A stretch of DNA of 62,291 bases, filler included. It is 4 parts of 4 records of this genome, joined end to end, with 100 filler letters (N's around TTAATTAATTAA, not from the genome) between each part and the next. Parts side by side here need not be neighbours in the genome. Positions count along the whole stretch, not along the records: positions 38,278 to 53,398 come from SRR31156797_4742; positions 53,499 to 62,291 come from SRR31156797_4752; 2 more parts are not named here. One strand, written 5' to 3'. The position numbers and the translations under genes were made by a program. The notes beneath the pieces are model-generated. The model saw nothing but the letters and a program-made list of their open reading frames with translations, did no database searches and was not told the DNA's origin. Shown here in pieces: positions 50,633 to 59,575 of this stretch; within the stretch, counting starts at the first letter, position 1, and every line of letters starts with the position of its first letter.

Positions 50633-50879
50633 TGCCTCTACTCCAATCGTTTTATTATATTTAACTTAGTCTTATTATACTTAAAAACAAAACAAAAATC
50701 AAGTAAAAACTTTAAAAATGATCAAAAAAATATCAAAAAAGAATCAAAATTTAAACTTAAGCATTATATCATTCTTTTGAAAATAGCTGAAAAATTATAA
50801 AAACATTAATTTTACTAGCTTTTTTCCATGATATTAAGTATAATAGTTTTAGGAAAAAAAGTTTATGTTGGGGGAATTT

Positions 50880-51533
50880 ATGAAAATATTGATAGATGAA
50901 GAGCGAAAATTGCACCCTTATCTTGAAGGGATGAAAAATATTGCAAAGGGAATATATATGATGCTGGGTACGAAGTGTGAAGTGATATTACACGACTTGA
51001 GTAACCCGGAAAGTTCACTGGTGTTTATTGCCGGTGAAATTACAAATAGACAATTGGGAGCACCTGCAACAGATGTTATGTTAAAAGCTCTCAGAACTAA
51101 GCAACCTGAAGATCTTTTGAATTATCAAACGAAAAGTAAAAATGGACATACATATAAATCTTCAACAATGTTCTTAAGGAATGAAAATAATGAAGTTATA
51201 GGTTGTTTGGGTATAAACTACGATATTACTGATATGATGCTGGTTAATAGTGTTATTGGTGAATTTTGTCAGGTTTCTAATAAAGAAGAGGAGAAAGCTG
51301 AAGAGGAAACATTTGCGAATAACGTAAATGAAGTACTAAAAGAACTTTTACAGCGTTCAAAAGACATTATTGGTAAACCGGTGCCGTTTATGAATAAAGA
51401 TGATAAATTAAAAGTAATAAAGTACCTCGACGAAAGAGGAACTTTTATGATAAAAGGCGCTGTAGAGATTGTTGCAGATGACTTAAGAGTGTCGCGATAT
51501 ACGATATATAATTATTTAAAAGAAATTGATTAG
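50880..51533 (+). CDS. YheO-like PAS_6 / HTH_22 transcriptional regulator
   Basis: CEVILHD, KSSTMF, GCLGINYD, VSRYTIYNYL. Confidence 0.92.
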   Translation: MKILIDEERKLHPYLEGMKNIAKGIYMMLGTKCEVILHDLSNPESSLVFIAGEITNRQLGAPATDVMLKALRTKQPEDLLNYQTKSKNGHTYKSSTMFLRNENNEVIGCLGINYDITDMMLVNSVIGEFCQVSNKEEEKAEEETFANNVNEVLKELLQRSKDIIGKPVPFMNKDDKLKVIKYLDERGTFMIKGAVEIVADDLRVSRYTIYNYLKEID

Positions 51534-51541
51534 CATAATAT

Positions 51542-51582
51542 AAAAAGAGAGGCTTGAAATTAATCAAGACTCTCTTTTTTTT
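51542..51582. terminator. Bidirectional terminator
   Basis: AAAAAGAGAG.CTTGA/TCAAG.CTCTCTTTTT between convergent genes. Confidence 0.8.
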
Positions 51583-52234
51583 AATAAATATATTCATCTT
51601 CTATCATTACATCTTTTTTAGGAGTGAAACTTAATTTAACATTTATTTCTTTCTTTTTAAGAGATTCGATAAAATTTAATATATCTTCTTCAACTTCTTT
51701 TGTTAAAAACTCTTTTTTCTCAAGATTGAATAAAACATTATTGGGATTGAATATCAAAAATGAATTGACAGATTTTTTAATATAATAAAAAAGACTTTTG
51801 CTTATTTTCTTATCAATATCAACTAGAATTGAATCATCTTCTCTTTCGATTCGAAATCCTTCATCTTTTCGATTTTCCGGTAAACTTGAATTAATTGCCT
51901 TTAAAACTTTATCAGCGTTAATGGGTTTGATGATATAATTTTTAACTCCGTACTTTAATAATTCCAGAACAGTTCTTCTCTGATTAATTGCACTAACCAT
52001 AACAATTGAAGCCTCTGGATCATATTCAAGAATTTGTCTTGAAGCTTCTACGCCATCCATTATTGGCATTGTAACATCCATTGTTACAAGATCCGGTTTG
52101 TACTCCCTGTATCTTTGAATAGCTTCTTGGCCATCTACGGCCTCTGCGATGATAATGTGACCTTCTTTTAGTAATATTTGCTTCATATTTAGCCTCATTA
52201 TAGCGGAATCATCACAAATAAGAATCTTAGCTAT
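51581..52234 (-). CDS. CheY-like response regulator with STAS-like C-terminal domain
   Basis: ICDDS, MDVTMP, VSA, IKP receiver motifs; probable ATA start at 52234 behind GGAGG (ORF track starts at 52285). Confidence 0.85.
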   Translation of the reverse strand: MAKILICDDSAIMRLNMKQILLKEGHIIIAEAVDGQEAIQRYREYKPDLVTMDVTMPIMDGVEASRQILEYDPEASIVMVSAINQRRTVLELLKYGVKNYIIKPINADKVLKAINSSLPENRKDEGFRIEREDDSILVDIDKKISKSLFYYIKKSVNSFLIFNPNNVLFNLEKKEFLTKEVEEDILNFIESLKKKEINVKLSFTPKKDVMIEDEYIY

Positions 52235-52446
52235 TTTAATCACCTCCGAATTTTTTCTCCCTTTATTACCTATATTATAGATCAAAAAGCTAAAAAATTC
52301 AAGAAAAGTAAAAAATAATAGTAAATTAAAAACACCAAGTCAATTTTAAATTAACTTGGTGTCATATAAATTTAGTAAAAACTCATAAGTGAGCTATATA
52401 TAAGACAATACTCGGAAATAAGTGAAAAAATACAACAAGCGTCTAG

Positions 52447-53398
52447 TTAGACTGTCCTGGCACTCAATTCACTAACGTAAGTTCTCATTTCTATGAATAT
52501 AACTGGACTAAGTGCAAGCAGTGCTACTAAATTTGGTATCATCATTAAACCGTTCAACGTATCCGCTAATAGCCAGACAAAGCTAAGAGGAGCGACAGAA
52601 CCTAAGAAAACACCGAAAACCCAAAGTATTTTGTATATAATAGCAGATTTTGGACCAAATAAGAAAGCGAATGATTTTTCACCATAATAACTCCAACCAA
52701 GTATAGTTGAAAACGCAAAGAAAACTAAACCAATAGTAACTAAGTGTCCCCCAAATCCAGGTAAGCCTTTATTGAATGCTGAAGCAGTTAATACAGCACC
52801 GTTAAGCCCAGAACTCCACTGACCAGTCATGATAATAACTAATGCAGTCATTGTACAAATGATGATTGTATCAATGAATCCGCCAAGCATTGCAATTACA
52901 GCTTGTTGTCCCGGTTTCTTAACAGTTGATGCGGCATGTGCAATTGCAGCAGTTCCTAAACCGGCTTCATTAGAGAAAACTCCTCTTGCTATACCAAATC
53001 TCATCGATGACATCATAACAGCACCGGCAAAACCTCCTGTAGCAGCCTGACCAGTAAATGCACTTGAGATTATTAATTGGAAAGCCGGAATTAAAGAATT
53101 GATGTTCATGAAGATGATTAATAAAGTTCCGAAAATATAACCTATTGCCATTATTGGAACTAAAGTTTCAGCAACATTTCCGATTCTCTTAATACCGCCA
53201 ATTACAACAACAAATACTAAAATAGCTAATACAATACCAGTAACATATGTAGGTACTCCGTATGCTCCTATTGATTGAGCAACTGAGTTTGCCTGTACAC
53301 TACACCCTATTCCAAATCCTGCAATAGATCCAAAGATTGCAAATGTAGTACCAAGCCATGCCCAATTTTTTCCCATACCATTTTTGATATAGTACATT
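52447..53398 (-). CDS. Alanine/glycine:cation symporter (AlsT/AgcS family), 5' truncated
   Basis: VQANS, RGVFSNEAGLG, FIDTIIICTMT, WSYYGE, PNL. Confidence 0.95.
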
Positions 53399-53498
53399 NN
53401 NNNNNNNNNNNNNNNNNNNNNNNNNNNNNNNNNNNNNNNNNNTTAATTAATTAANNNNNNNNNNNNNNNNNNNNNNNNNNNNNNNNNNNNNNNNNNNN
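53399..53498. other. Artificial contig linker
   Basis: N run containing TTAATTAATTAA. Confidence 0.99.
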
Positions 53499-53650
53499 CG
53501 CCTCGCGAAGCGGGCATCCCTTTCGGGAGAAAGTCGGTGGAAACTTTCAATCGTCCGAGGAACGAGGACATTGAAACGTTGAAATTCAGATATCAGCAAG
53601 AACACATGTTAGCTAAAGAAATTAATTAAAACTAACAAAGCACAATTAGC

Positions 53651-53691
53651 GAATAACGAATAACAAATAACTTAATAACGAATAACTTAAC
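53651..53691. repeat. Degenerate 7-8 nt tandem array (NAATAAC)
   Basis: gaataac gaataac aaataac ttaataac gaataac ttaac. Confidence 0.65.
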
Positions 53692-53706
53692 AACAAACAA
53701 CCTATT

Positions 53707-54972
53707 CTGAAAAAACTAATTTACATACTACTTTTTATCTTAACGGGATTAACTGGATCACAGGTAAACGCTCAGCAGCGTTTCCCCAAGCCGGAGTTCG
53801 AAAGCGGCCACACCCAGCCGCCAACCCTAACCCCGGACCCGAGAAGCATTGGGTTAGAATACATGGATGTGATTGTACTTTTTGCAGCACTTGCCCTCAT
53901 CACCTGGCTGATACTGAAAAAGCGGTCGCGAAGAGGTGTATTTTGGGTATCCGTTTTTTCACTCATCTATTTCGGGTTTTACAGGCTGGGATGTGTCTGC
54001 TCTATCGGGGCCATCCAAAATGTTACGCTGGCCCTCTTTGATCCGGGCTATAAAATTCCGCTAACCGTAATTGCATTTTTTGCCATCCCGCTTTTGTTTA
54101 CCCTATTTTTCGGGCGAACATTTTGTGCAGGAGTTTGCCCGCTCGGAGCCATCCAGGATTTGGTGGCTTTCCGGCCAATTGAAATTCCGCCATGGATTCA
54201 AAAAATGTTGGGACTGATCCCCTACATCTATCTTGGACTAGCCATTTTGTATGCCGCCACAGGTACTGATTTTATTATCTGCCGTTACGATCCGTTTGTC
54301 GGCTTTTTCAGGATGGATGCCACATTCCTGATGTTTTCTATCGGCGGCCTATTCCTGATTACGGGAGTTTTTGTTGCACGTCCCTATTGCCGGTTTTTCT
54401 GTCCGTATGCTGTCTTACTCAACTTGTTGAGCAGGATATCCTGGAAACATCTCACCATAACCCCGGCTGAATGCATCCAGTGTCGTTTGTGTGAGGATTC
54501 ATGTCCGTTTGGCGCGATAGAAAAACCAGTTTCTGTTGATGTTCGCGAAAATCGGGGTAAGACCATGAAAAGGTTGATCATCACGGGTATGCTAATCCCT
54601 GTTCTGATTGGTATTGGAATTTGGGCCGGATACAGCTTTCACGAAAACCTGGCTTATGCCAATTCAAAAGTTAAACTGGCTGAACACCTGTATCTTGATC
54701 AAAGTGAAATCAGCGAAGATATCCAGGTTGAGATTGATGCCTTCAGATCCGCAGGAAAATCAGCAGAAGAACTCTACGTTGAGGCTGCTTCGATTGTTAA
54801 AGACTTTAAAACCGGCAGCATGATCCTGGGTGGATTTTTGGGTCTGGTGATCGGCATCACACTTCTAAATCTCACCCGGTTTTATCACCGAAGGGATTAT
54901 GAACCCAACAAAGGAACCTGCCTGAGCTGTGGCCGATGTATGGATTATTGTCCTGTTGAAAAGAAAAAATAA
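53707..54972 (+). CDS. Membrane 4Fe-4S protein (NapH/MauN/NosR-C-like)
   Basis: CVCSIG, CAGVCP, CRFFCP, two CxxCxxCxxxCP; frame extends from ATG 53863 up to CTG 53707, adding a signal peptide. Confidence 0.88.
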   Translation: MKKLIYILLFILTGLTGSQVNAQQRFPKPEFESGHTQPPTLTPDPRSIGLEYMDVIVLFAALALITWLILKKRSRRGVFWVSVFSLIYFGFYRLGCVCSIGAIQNVTLALFDPGYKIPLTVIAFFAIPLLFTLFFGRTFCAGVCPLGAIQDLVAFRPIEIPPWIQKMLGLIPYIYLGLAILYAATGTDFIICRYDPFVGFFRMDATFLMFSIGGLFLITGVFVARPYCRFFCPYAVLLNLLSRISWKHLTITPAECIQCRLCEDSCPFGAIEKPVSVDVRENRGKTMKRLIITGMLIPVLIGIGIWAGYSFHENLAYANSKVKLAEHLYLDQSEISEDIQVEIDAFRSAGKSAEELYVEAASIVKDFKTGSMILGGFLGLVIGITLLNLTRFYHRRDYEPNKGTCLSCGRCMDYCPVEKKK

Positions 54973-54973
54973 C

Positions 54974-57001
54974 ATGTCGCAATACAAAAAGTCAAATAAA
55001 AAGGCACGTAAAGACGTACGGACGTACGTCTCAAATAGTAATCTCTGGCGGAACATCGCAATTGTTGCCAGTTTGTTTTCTTTTGTGATCTGCATCCTCA
55101 TCATCGTCAATTATTTTCAGCTCAACCGCATCGATCCGGTTGAAACAAAAGTCATCGATGAACTTGTGAGCCGATTGAATCAAAACCCGGAAGATGATCA
55201 ATTGCGGGAGCAAATCCGCACTTTGGACCTCCTGGCGCGCAAGGCCTACTTCACCAATCAGTGGCAAATCCGAATGGGCGGCTATCTTTTGCTAATCGGT
55301 GTCCTTGTCACCATTGCCGCCTTCCAGATGCTGCTAACTGCCGAAAAGAAAAAAGTGAATCTGAAACCGGAAAGCAAAACCGACCTGATTTTCATGCAAA
55401 AACAAACCCGCGGGTGGGTAACCGGATTTAGCTCAGTGTTAATTGCAGTTACACTGATTTTTGCATTCCTCACCTACCGCCAGTTGGGTAGTAGATTTGA
55501 AAACACTTTGGCAGAGATTTCAAAAAATGAAACCGAACAGGAAAACCAGAAATCTGAGATTCTCAGTACCGGGGAACAACATAAAGTACCAGCCAATCCC
55601 GCAAAGACAATCGAAGATAAGGCCGAAACAGCAGGTTTAAATGACCGGGCTGAGCAAGAACCTGAAAAGATAAAAGAAACAGCAGTTGCTCAACCAAAGC
55701 CTGATGAAGAAAATCCCACCGCAATAGAAACCTCCAAGCCAGAAACTGAAGTAAAACCGGCAGAAAAAGCCATTCCGGATAAAACCACAAAAGCCTCAAC
55801 TTTCACCTCCGATGCACCCGGTTTTAATTACACAATTCCCTACGTTGAAAAGGTTGCCAAAAATTTCAATGCTTTTCGCGGGCCAGGCGGAAACGGCATT
55901 GCTTTCCAAACCAATATCCCGGAAAGCTGGAATGGTGAAACCGGGGAGAACATCATCTGGAAAACCAAAATCCCACTGAGTGGGTTTAATTCACCTGTGG
56001 TCTGGGATGATAAGATTTTCCTTACCGGAGCCGATAAATCGACCAAGGAGGTCTATTGTTTTGATTGTGAAACCGGCGAAATTTTATGGACAACAAAAGT
56101 TTCGGGCATTCCGGGATCACCGGAAACGGCGCCCAAAGTTCCGGATTACACTGGCTATGCAGCGCCAACCGGAACCACGGATGGCAGGTATTTTTACGCC
56201 ATCTTCGCTGATGCCGATGTTGCGGCTTACGATTTTGATGGCAACATGGTCTGGGGGAAAAACCTCGGCGTACCAGAAAATCATTATGGGTATTCTTCTT
56301 CATTGTTGGTTTATAACGGCAAACTGATCATCCAGTGGGACCAGCGCAATGTGCAGAAAGTGATGGCGTTAAATACCGAAAATGGTGCACTTGCCTGGGA
56401 AACAAACAGGGAGGTAAAAATCTCCTGGGCATCACCAGTTATCGCCGAAATGGCATCCGGCCCACAACTCATCCTTGCGGCCGATCCACTCGTAATTGCC
56501 TACAATCCGGATTCCGGAGAAGAGCTCTGGCAACTCGATTGTCTGTCAGGGGAGGTCGGGCCCTCGGTAGCTGCAAATACAAAAATGGTCTTTGCCCTGA
56601 ATGAATACGCCAGCCTTGTCGGCATTAAGGTTGGAGATCAGCCCGAAAAAGCCTGGGAGGATTACACCTACCTTTCGGATGTGCCGAGCCCGGTGGCAAC
56701 TGACAAACATTTGATCGTTTCCACAAGTTACGGTTTAATCACCTGTTTTGCCACCGAAAGCGGCGAAATGCTCTGGGAGGCCGAATTCGACAATTCCATT
56801 TACGCTTCACCAATGCTTGTTGATGGAAAAATCTACCTGATTGATAAACAGGGTGTAATGCACATTTTTAAACCAGGGGATGAGTACCAACACATTGCCG
56901 ATAGCCACCTGGGCGAAGGCTCAGTTTGCACACCGGCTTTTATGGATGGAAAAATATACATTCGCGGGGATGAGCATCTTTATTGTATTGGGGAGGAGTG
57001 A
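54974..57001 (+). CDS. Membrane-anchored PQQ-type beta-propeller protein
   Basis: Three N-terminal TM segments, charged linker, FRGPGGNG and repeated SP...G..LW blades. Confidence 0.88.
   Translation: MSQYKKSNKKARKDVRTYVSNSNLWRNIAIVASLFSFVICILIIVNYFQLNRIDPVETKVIDELVSRLNQNPEDDQLREQIRTLDLLARKAYFTNQWQIRMGGYLLLIGVLVTIAAFQMLLTAEKKKVNLKPESKTDLIFMQKQTRGWVTGFSSVLIAVTLIFAFLTYRQLGSRFENTLAEISKNETEQENQKSEILSTGEQHKVPANPAKTIEDKAETAGLNDRAEQEPEKIKETAVAQPKPDEENPTAIETSKPETEVKPAEKAIPDKTTKASTFTSDAPGFNYTIPYVEKVAKNFNAFRGPGGNGIAFQTNIPESWNGETGENIIWKTKIPLSGFNSPVVWDDKIFLTGADKSTKEVYCFDCETGEILWTTKVSGIPGSPETAPKVPDYTGYAAPTGTTDGRYFYAIFADADVAAYDFDGNMVWGKNLGVPENHYGYSSSLLVYNGKLIIQWDQRNVQKVMALNTENGALAWETNREVKISWASPVIAEMASGPQLILAADPLVIAYNPDSGEELWQLDCLSGEVGPSVAANTKMVFALNEYASLVGIKVGDQPEKAWEDYTYLSDVPSPVATDKHLIVSTSYGLITCFATESGEMLWEAEFDNSIYASPMLVDGKIYLIDKQGVMHIFKPGDEYQHIADSHLGEGSVCTPAFMDGKIYIRGDEHLYCIGEE
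55008..55033 (+). repeat. GTAG-type REP-like palindrome inside CDS
   Basis: GTAA-AGACGTACG-GA-CGTACGTCT; related copy at 57141-57168. Confidence 0.65.
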
Positions 57002-57140
57002 TGAAAATAGAAGTTTGAATTTAGAAATTAGGTAATAGAAATCATTTTAAATTTGAATAGAATGACAGTATCACGAAAAAATGGGTCAGGCAATTCGTCT
57101 CAACGAGATAAACTCAAACTTTTAATAAAATAGAAAACAT

Positions 57141-57168
57141 GTAAAGACGCACGGCCACGCGTCTCAAC
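57141..57168 (+). repeat. GTAG-type REP-like palindrome
   Basis: GTAA-AGACGC-ACGGCCAC-GCGTCT-CAAC. Confidence 0.65.
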
Positions 57169-57197
57169 GAGTTGAAAAACTCAATAACTTAACAACC

Positions 57198-59546
57198 ATC
57201 AACGAAGAAATTCAAAATATCACCGATAAGATTGTCCGAAACCACGGAACCGAAACCAGCGCTGCGATCCCGATCCTGCAGGAAATCCAGAAGGCTTTTA
57301 ATTACCTGCCGGAGGAAGCCCTGAAAAGGGTCTGTGAAACCACGGATATTTCTCCGGCGCAAATCCGGGGTATCTCTACATTTTACACGCAGTTCAGGCA
57401 CCGGCCGGTGGGATTGCACATGATCAAGGTTTGTGTGGGCACGGCCTGCCATGTGAAAGGGGCCATGCTCGTGTATGACGCTTTTAAAAGGCACCTGAAG
57501 CTGGAAGGCAATGATGATACCGATGCCGAAGGATTGTTTACACTAGAAAAAGTTGCCTGCCTGGGCTGCTGCACCATCGCCCCGGTCGTGCAGATTGATG
57601 ATGTGACTTACGGCCATGTCACCACCGAAAAAGTACCTGAAATACTGGAGGATTTTTTGCATGGAGGAAAAGATAATGAATCAGGACATCAAAAACAGTC
57701 AGACAAAAACCAGCCTGTTCAGGGTGAGATACGCATCGGTCTGGGCTCGTGCTGTATTGCCAGTGGAAGTGCCGAAGTAAAAAAAGAGCTGGAGAATTCC
57801 ATAGCCCGTTCGGGGATCAACGTTGAAGTGAAGCATGTGGGGTGCGTGGGAATCTGCAACCAAGTGCCACTGCTGGAAATCCACAAACACGACGAAAATC
57901 CGGCTTTCTATGCTAAAATAAAACCAGAAGAAGTAAGTGCAGTGGTCAGCAGACACTTCAAAGCTGCCGGGCCTTTGCAGCGATTGAAAAACAATGTGTT
58001 TTCGATGGTTGAAAAAGTGGTGCTCAATGACACACCGCGACAAGTAAAGAGATATGATTTGGATGTCCCGGAAACGCCTGTTACAGATTTTCTGGCCGGA
58101 CAAATGAATATTGCAACCGAATTCCGTGGCAACATCAAACCCTCTGATTTTGATGAATACCGAAGGTTGGGCGGTTTTGATGCATTGAAAAGATGCCTGA
58201 CAGAATATACACCGGATAAGGTTGTAGATATTGTTCTGGAGTCAGGGTTGCGCGGACGGGGAGGTGCGGGTTTTCTTACCGGCCAGAAATGGCAATTTGT
58301 GCATTATGCCAAAGCTGAAACAAAATATGTAATCTGTAATGGCGATGAAGGCGATCCAGGGGCATTCATGGACAGGATGCTGCTGGAATCCTACCCCTTC
58401 CGGGTCATTGAAGGGATGATCATTGCGGCTTATGCTGTAGGTGCCGGCGAGGGTGTAATGTACATCCGGGCCGAATATCCGCTGGCGGTTTCGAGGATTA
58501 AGGAAGCGCTGAAAGTGCTGGAAGATAAAGACATTCTTGGTCAAAATATTTTCGGGACGGATTTTTCCTTCCGGATCAAGGTTTTTGAAGGGGCTGGTGC
58601 ATTCGTTTGTGGCGAAGAAACTGCGCTGATATCATCCGTGGAGGGACAACGCGGTATGCCCAGGATCAGGCCTCCCTATCCTTCAGATGCGGGATTATAT
58701 AGTAAGCCTACCCTGATCAATAATACGGAAACCTTTTCGATAGTTTCATGGATCATCCGTAATGGAGCGGAGAAACTCAACAGCATCGGTTCGGAAAGAA
58801 GCAAGGGGACCAAGGTGTTTGCCCTGGCAGGCAAAATCAACCGTGGGGGGCTCATTGAGGTGCCCATGGGCATTACGATCCGGGAGATCGTTGAGCGTAT
58901 AGGAGGCGGCATTCCCAACGGGAAAAAATTTAAAGCCATCCAGATCGGAGGCCCATCGGGTGGATGTATCCCGGCGGAACTGGCGGATACTTGCATCGAC
59001 TATGAATCACTCACTGAGGCCGGTGCAATGATGGGTTCCGGCGGTTTGATCGTTCTGGATAAAACCGACTGCATGGTGGATATTGCCAGATACTTCCTGG
59101 CATTCACGCAGGATCAGTCCTGTGGAAAATGTACCTTTTGCCGCATCGGTACACGAAAAATGCTGGATATTCTCAACAGGATTTCAATCGGTAAAGGGAA
59201 ATTCAGCGACCTCCATCAACTGGAAAAACTGGCAGAACAAATACAAAAAGGAAGTATTTGCGGACTCGGGAAGACTGCCCCTAATCCGGTGCTTTCAACG
59301 CTAAGATATTTCCGGCATGAATACGAGGAACATCTCAACGGTCGATGTCCAACAGGGAAATGTAAAGAGATGATTACCTATGACATTACGGATGACTGCA
59401 CCGGGTGCACTAAATGCGCCCAGCGCTGCCCTACTGATGCCATAGAGCTTCGCCCTTACGAAAAACATGAAATCGACACGGAGCTTTGTATCAAATGCAA
59501 TATCTGCCGGGAGATATGCCCTGTGGATGCTGTAATTACCAGGTGA
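57198..59546 (+). CDS. Fused NuoE/HydC + thioredoxin-like 2Fe-2S + NuoF/HydB flavoprotein with C-terminal 2x[4Fe-4S]
   Basis: In-frame AIPILQEIQ..YLP..TFYTQF upstream of 57408; CVGTAC/CLGCC; GRGGAGF, DEGDPGAFMD, GEETAL, GGPSG, SCGKCTFC; exact start uncertain. Confidence 0.92.
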   Translation: MNEEIQNITDKIVRNHGTETSAAIPILQEIQKAFNYLPEEALKRVCETTDISPAQIRGISTFYTQFRHRPVGLHMIKVCVGTACHVKGAMLVYDAFKRHLKLEGNDDTDAEGLFTLEKVACLGCCTIAPVVQIDDVTYGHVTTEKVPEILEDFLHGGKDNESGHQKQSDKNQPVQGEIRIGLGSCCIASGSAEVKKELENSIARSGINVEVKHVGCVGICNQVPLLEIHKHDENPAFYAKIKPEEVSAVVSRHFKAAGPLQRLKNNVFSMVEKVVLNDTPRQVKRYDLDVPETPVTDFLAGQMNIATEFRGNIKPSDFDEYRRLGGFDALKRCLTEYTPDKVVDIVLESGLRGRGGAGFLTGQKWQFVHYAKAETKYVICNGDEGDPGAFMDRMLLESYPFRVIEGMIIAAYAVGAGEGVMYIRAEYPLAVSRIKEALKVLEDKDILGQNIFGTDFSFRIKVFEGAGAFVCGEETALISSVEGQRGMPRIRPPYPSDAGLYSKPTLINNTETFSIVSWIIRNGAEKLNSIGSERSKGTKVFALAGKINRGGLIEVPMGITIREIVERIGGGIPNGKKFKAIQIGGPSGGCIPAELADTCIDYESLTEAGAMMGSGGLIVLDKTDCMVDIARYFLAFTQDQSCGKCTFCRIGTRKMLDILNRISIGKGKFSDLHQLEKLAEQIQKGSICGLGKTAPNPVLSTLRYFRHEYEEHLNGRCPTGKCKEMITYDITDDCTGCTKCAQRCPTDAIELRPYEKHEIDTELCIKCNICREICPVDAVITR

Positions 59547-59575
59547 GGTAACCAATTTATGGATTAAATCGTAAC

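Noticed and set aside
34027-52285. MCP/PAS kinase and the CheY-like regulator as one signalling pathway
   Set aside because: They are on different contigs that probably come from different organisms
53499-53590. Small GC-rich hairpins at the start of contig D as an ncRNA
   Set aside because: Truncated by the contig edge and more like REP-type intergenic repeats; too little sequence to call
53651-53691. Short tandem repeats as a possible CRISPR array
   Set aside because: Units are 7-8 nt with no unique spacers and no cas genes nearby
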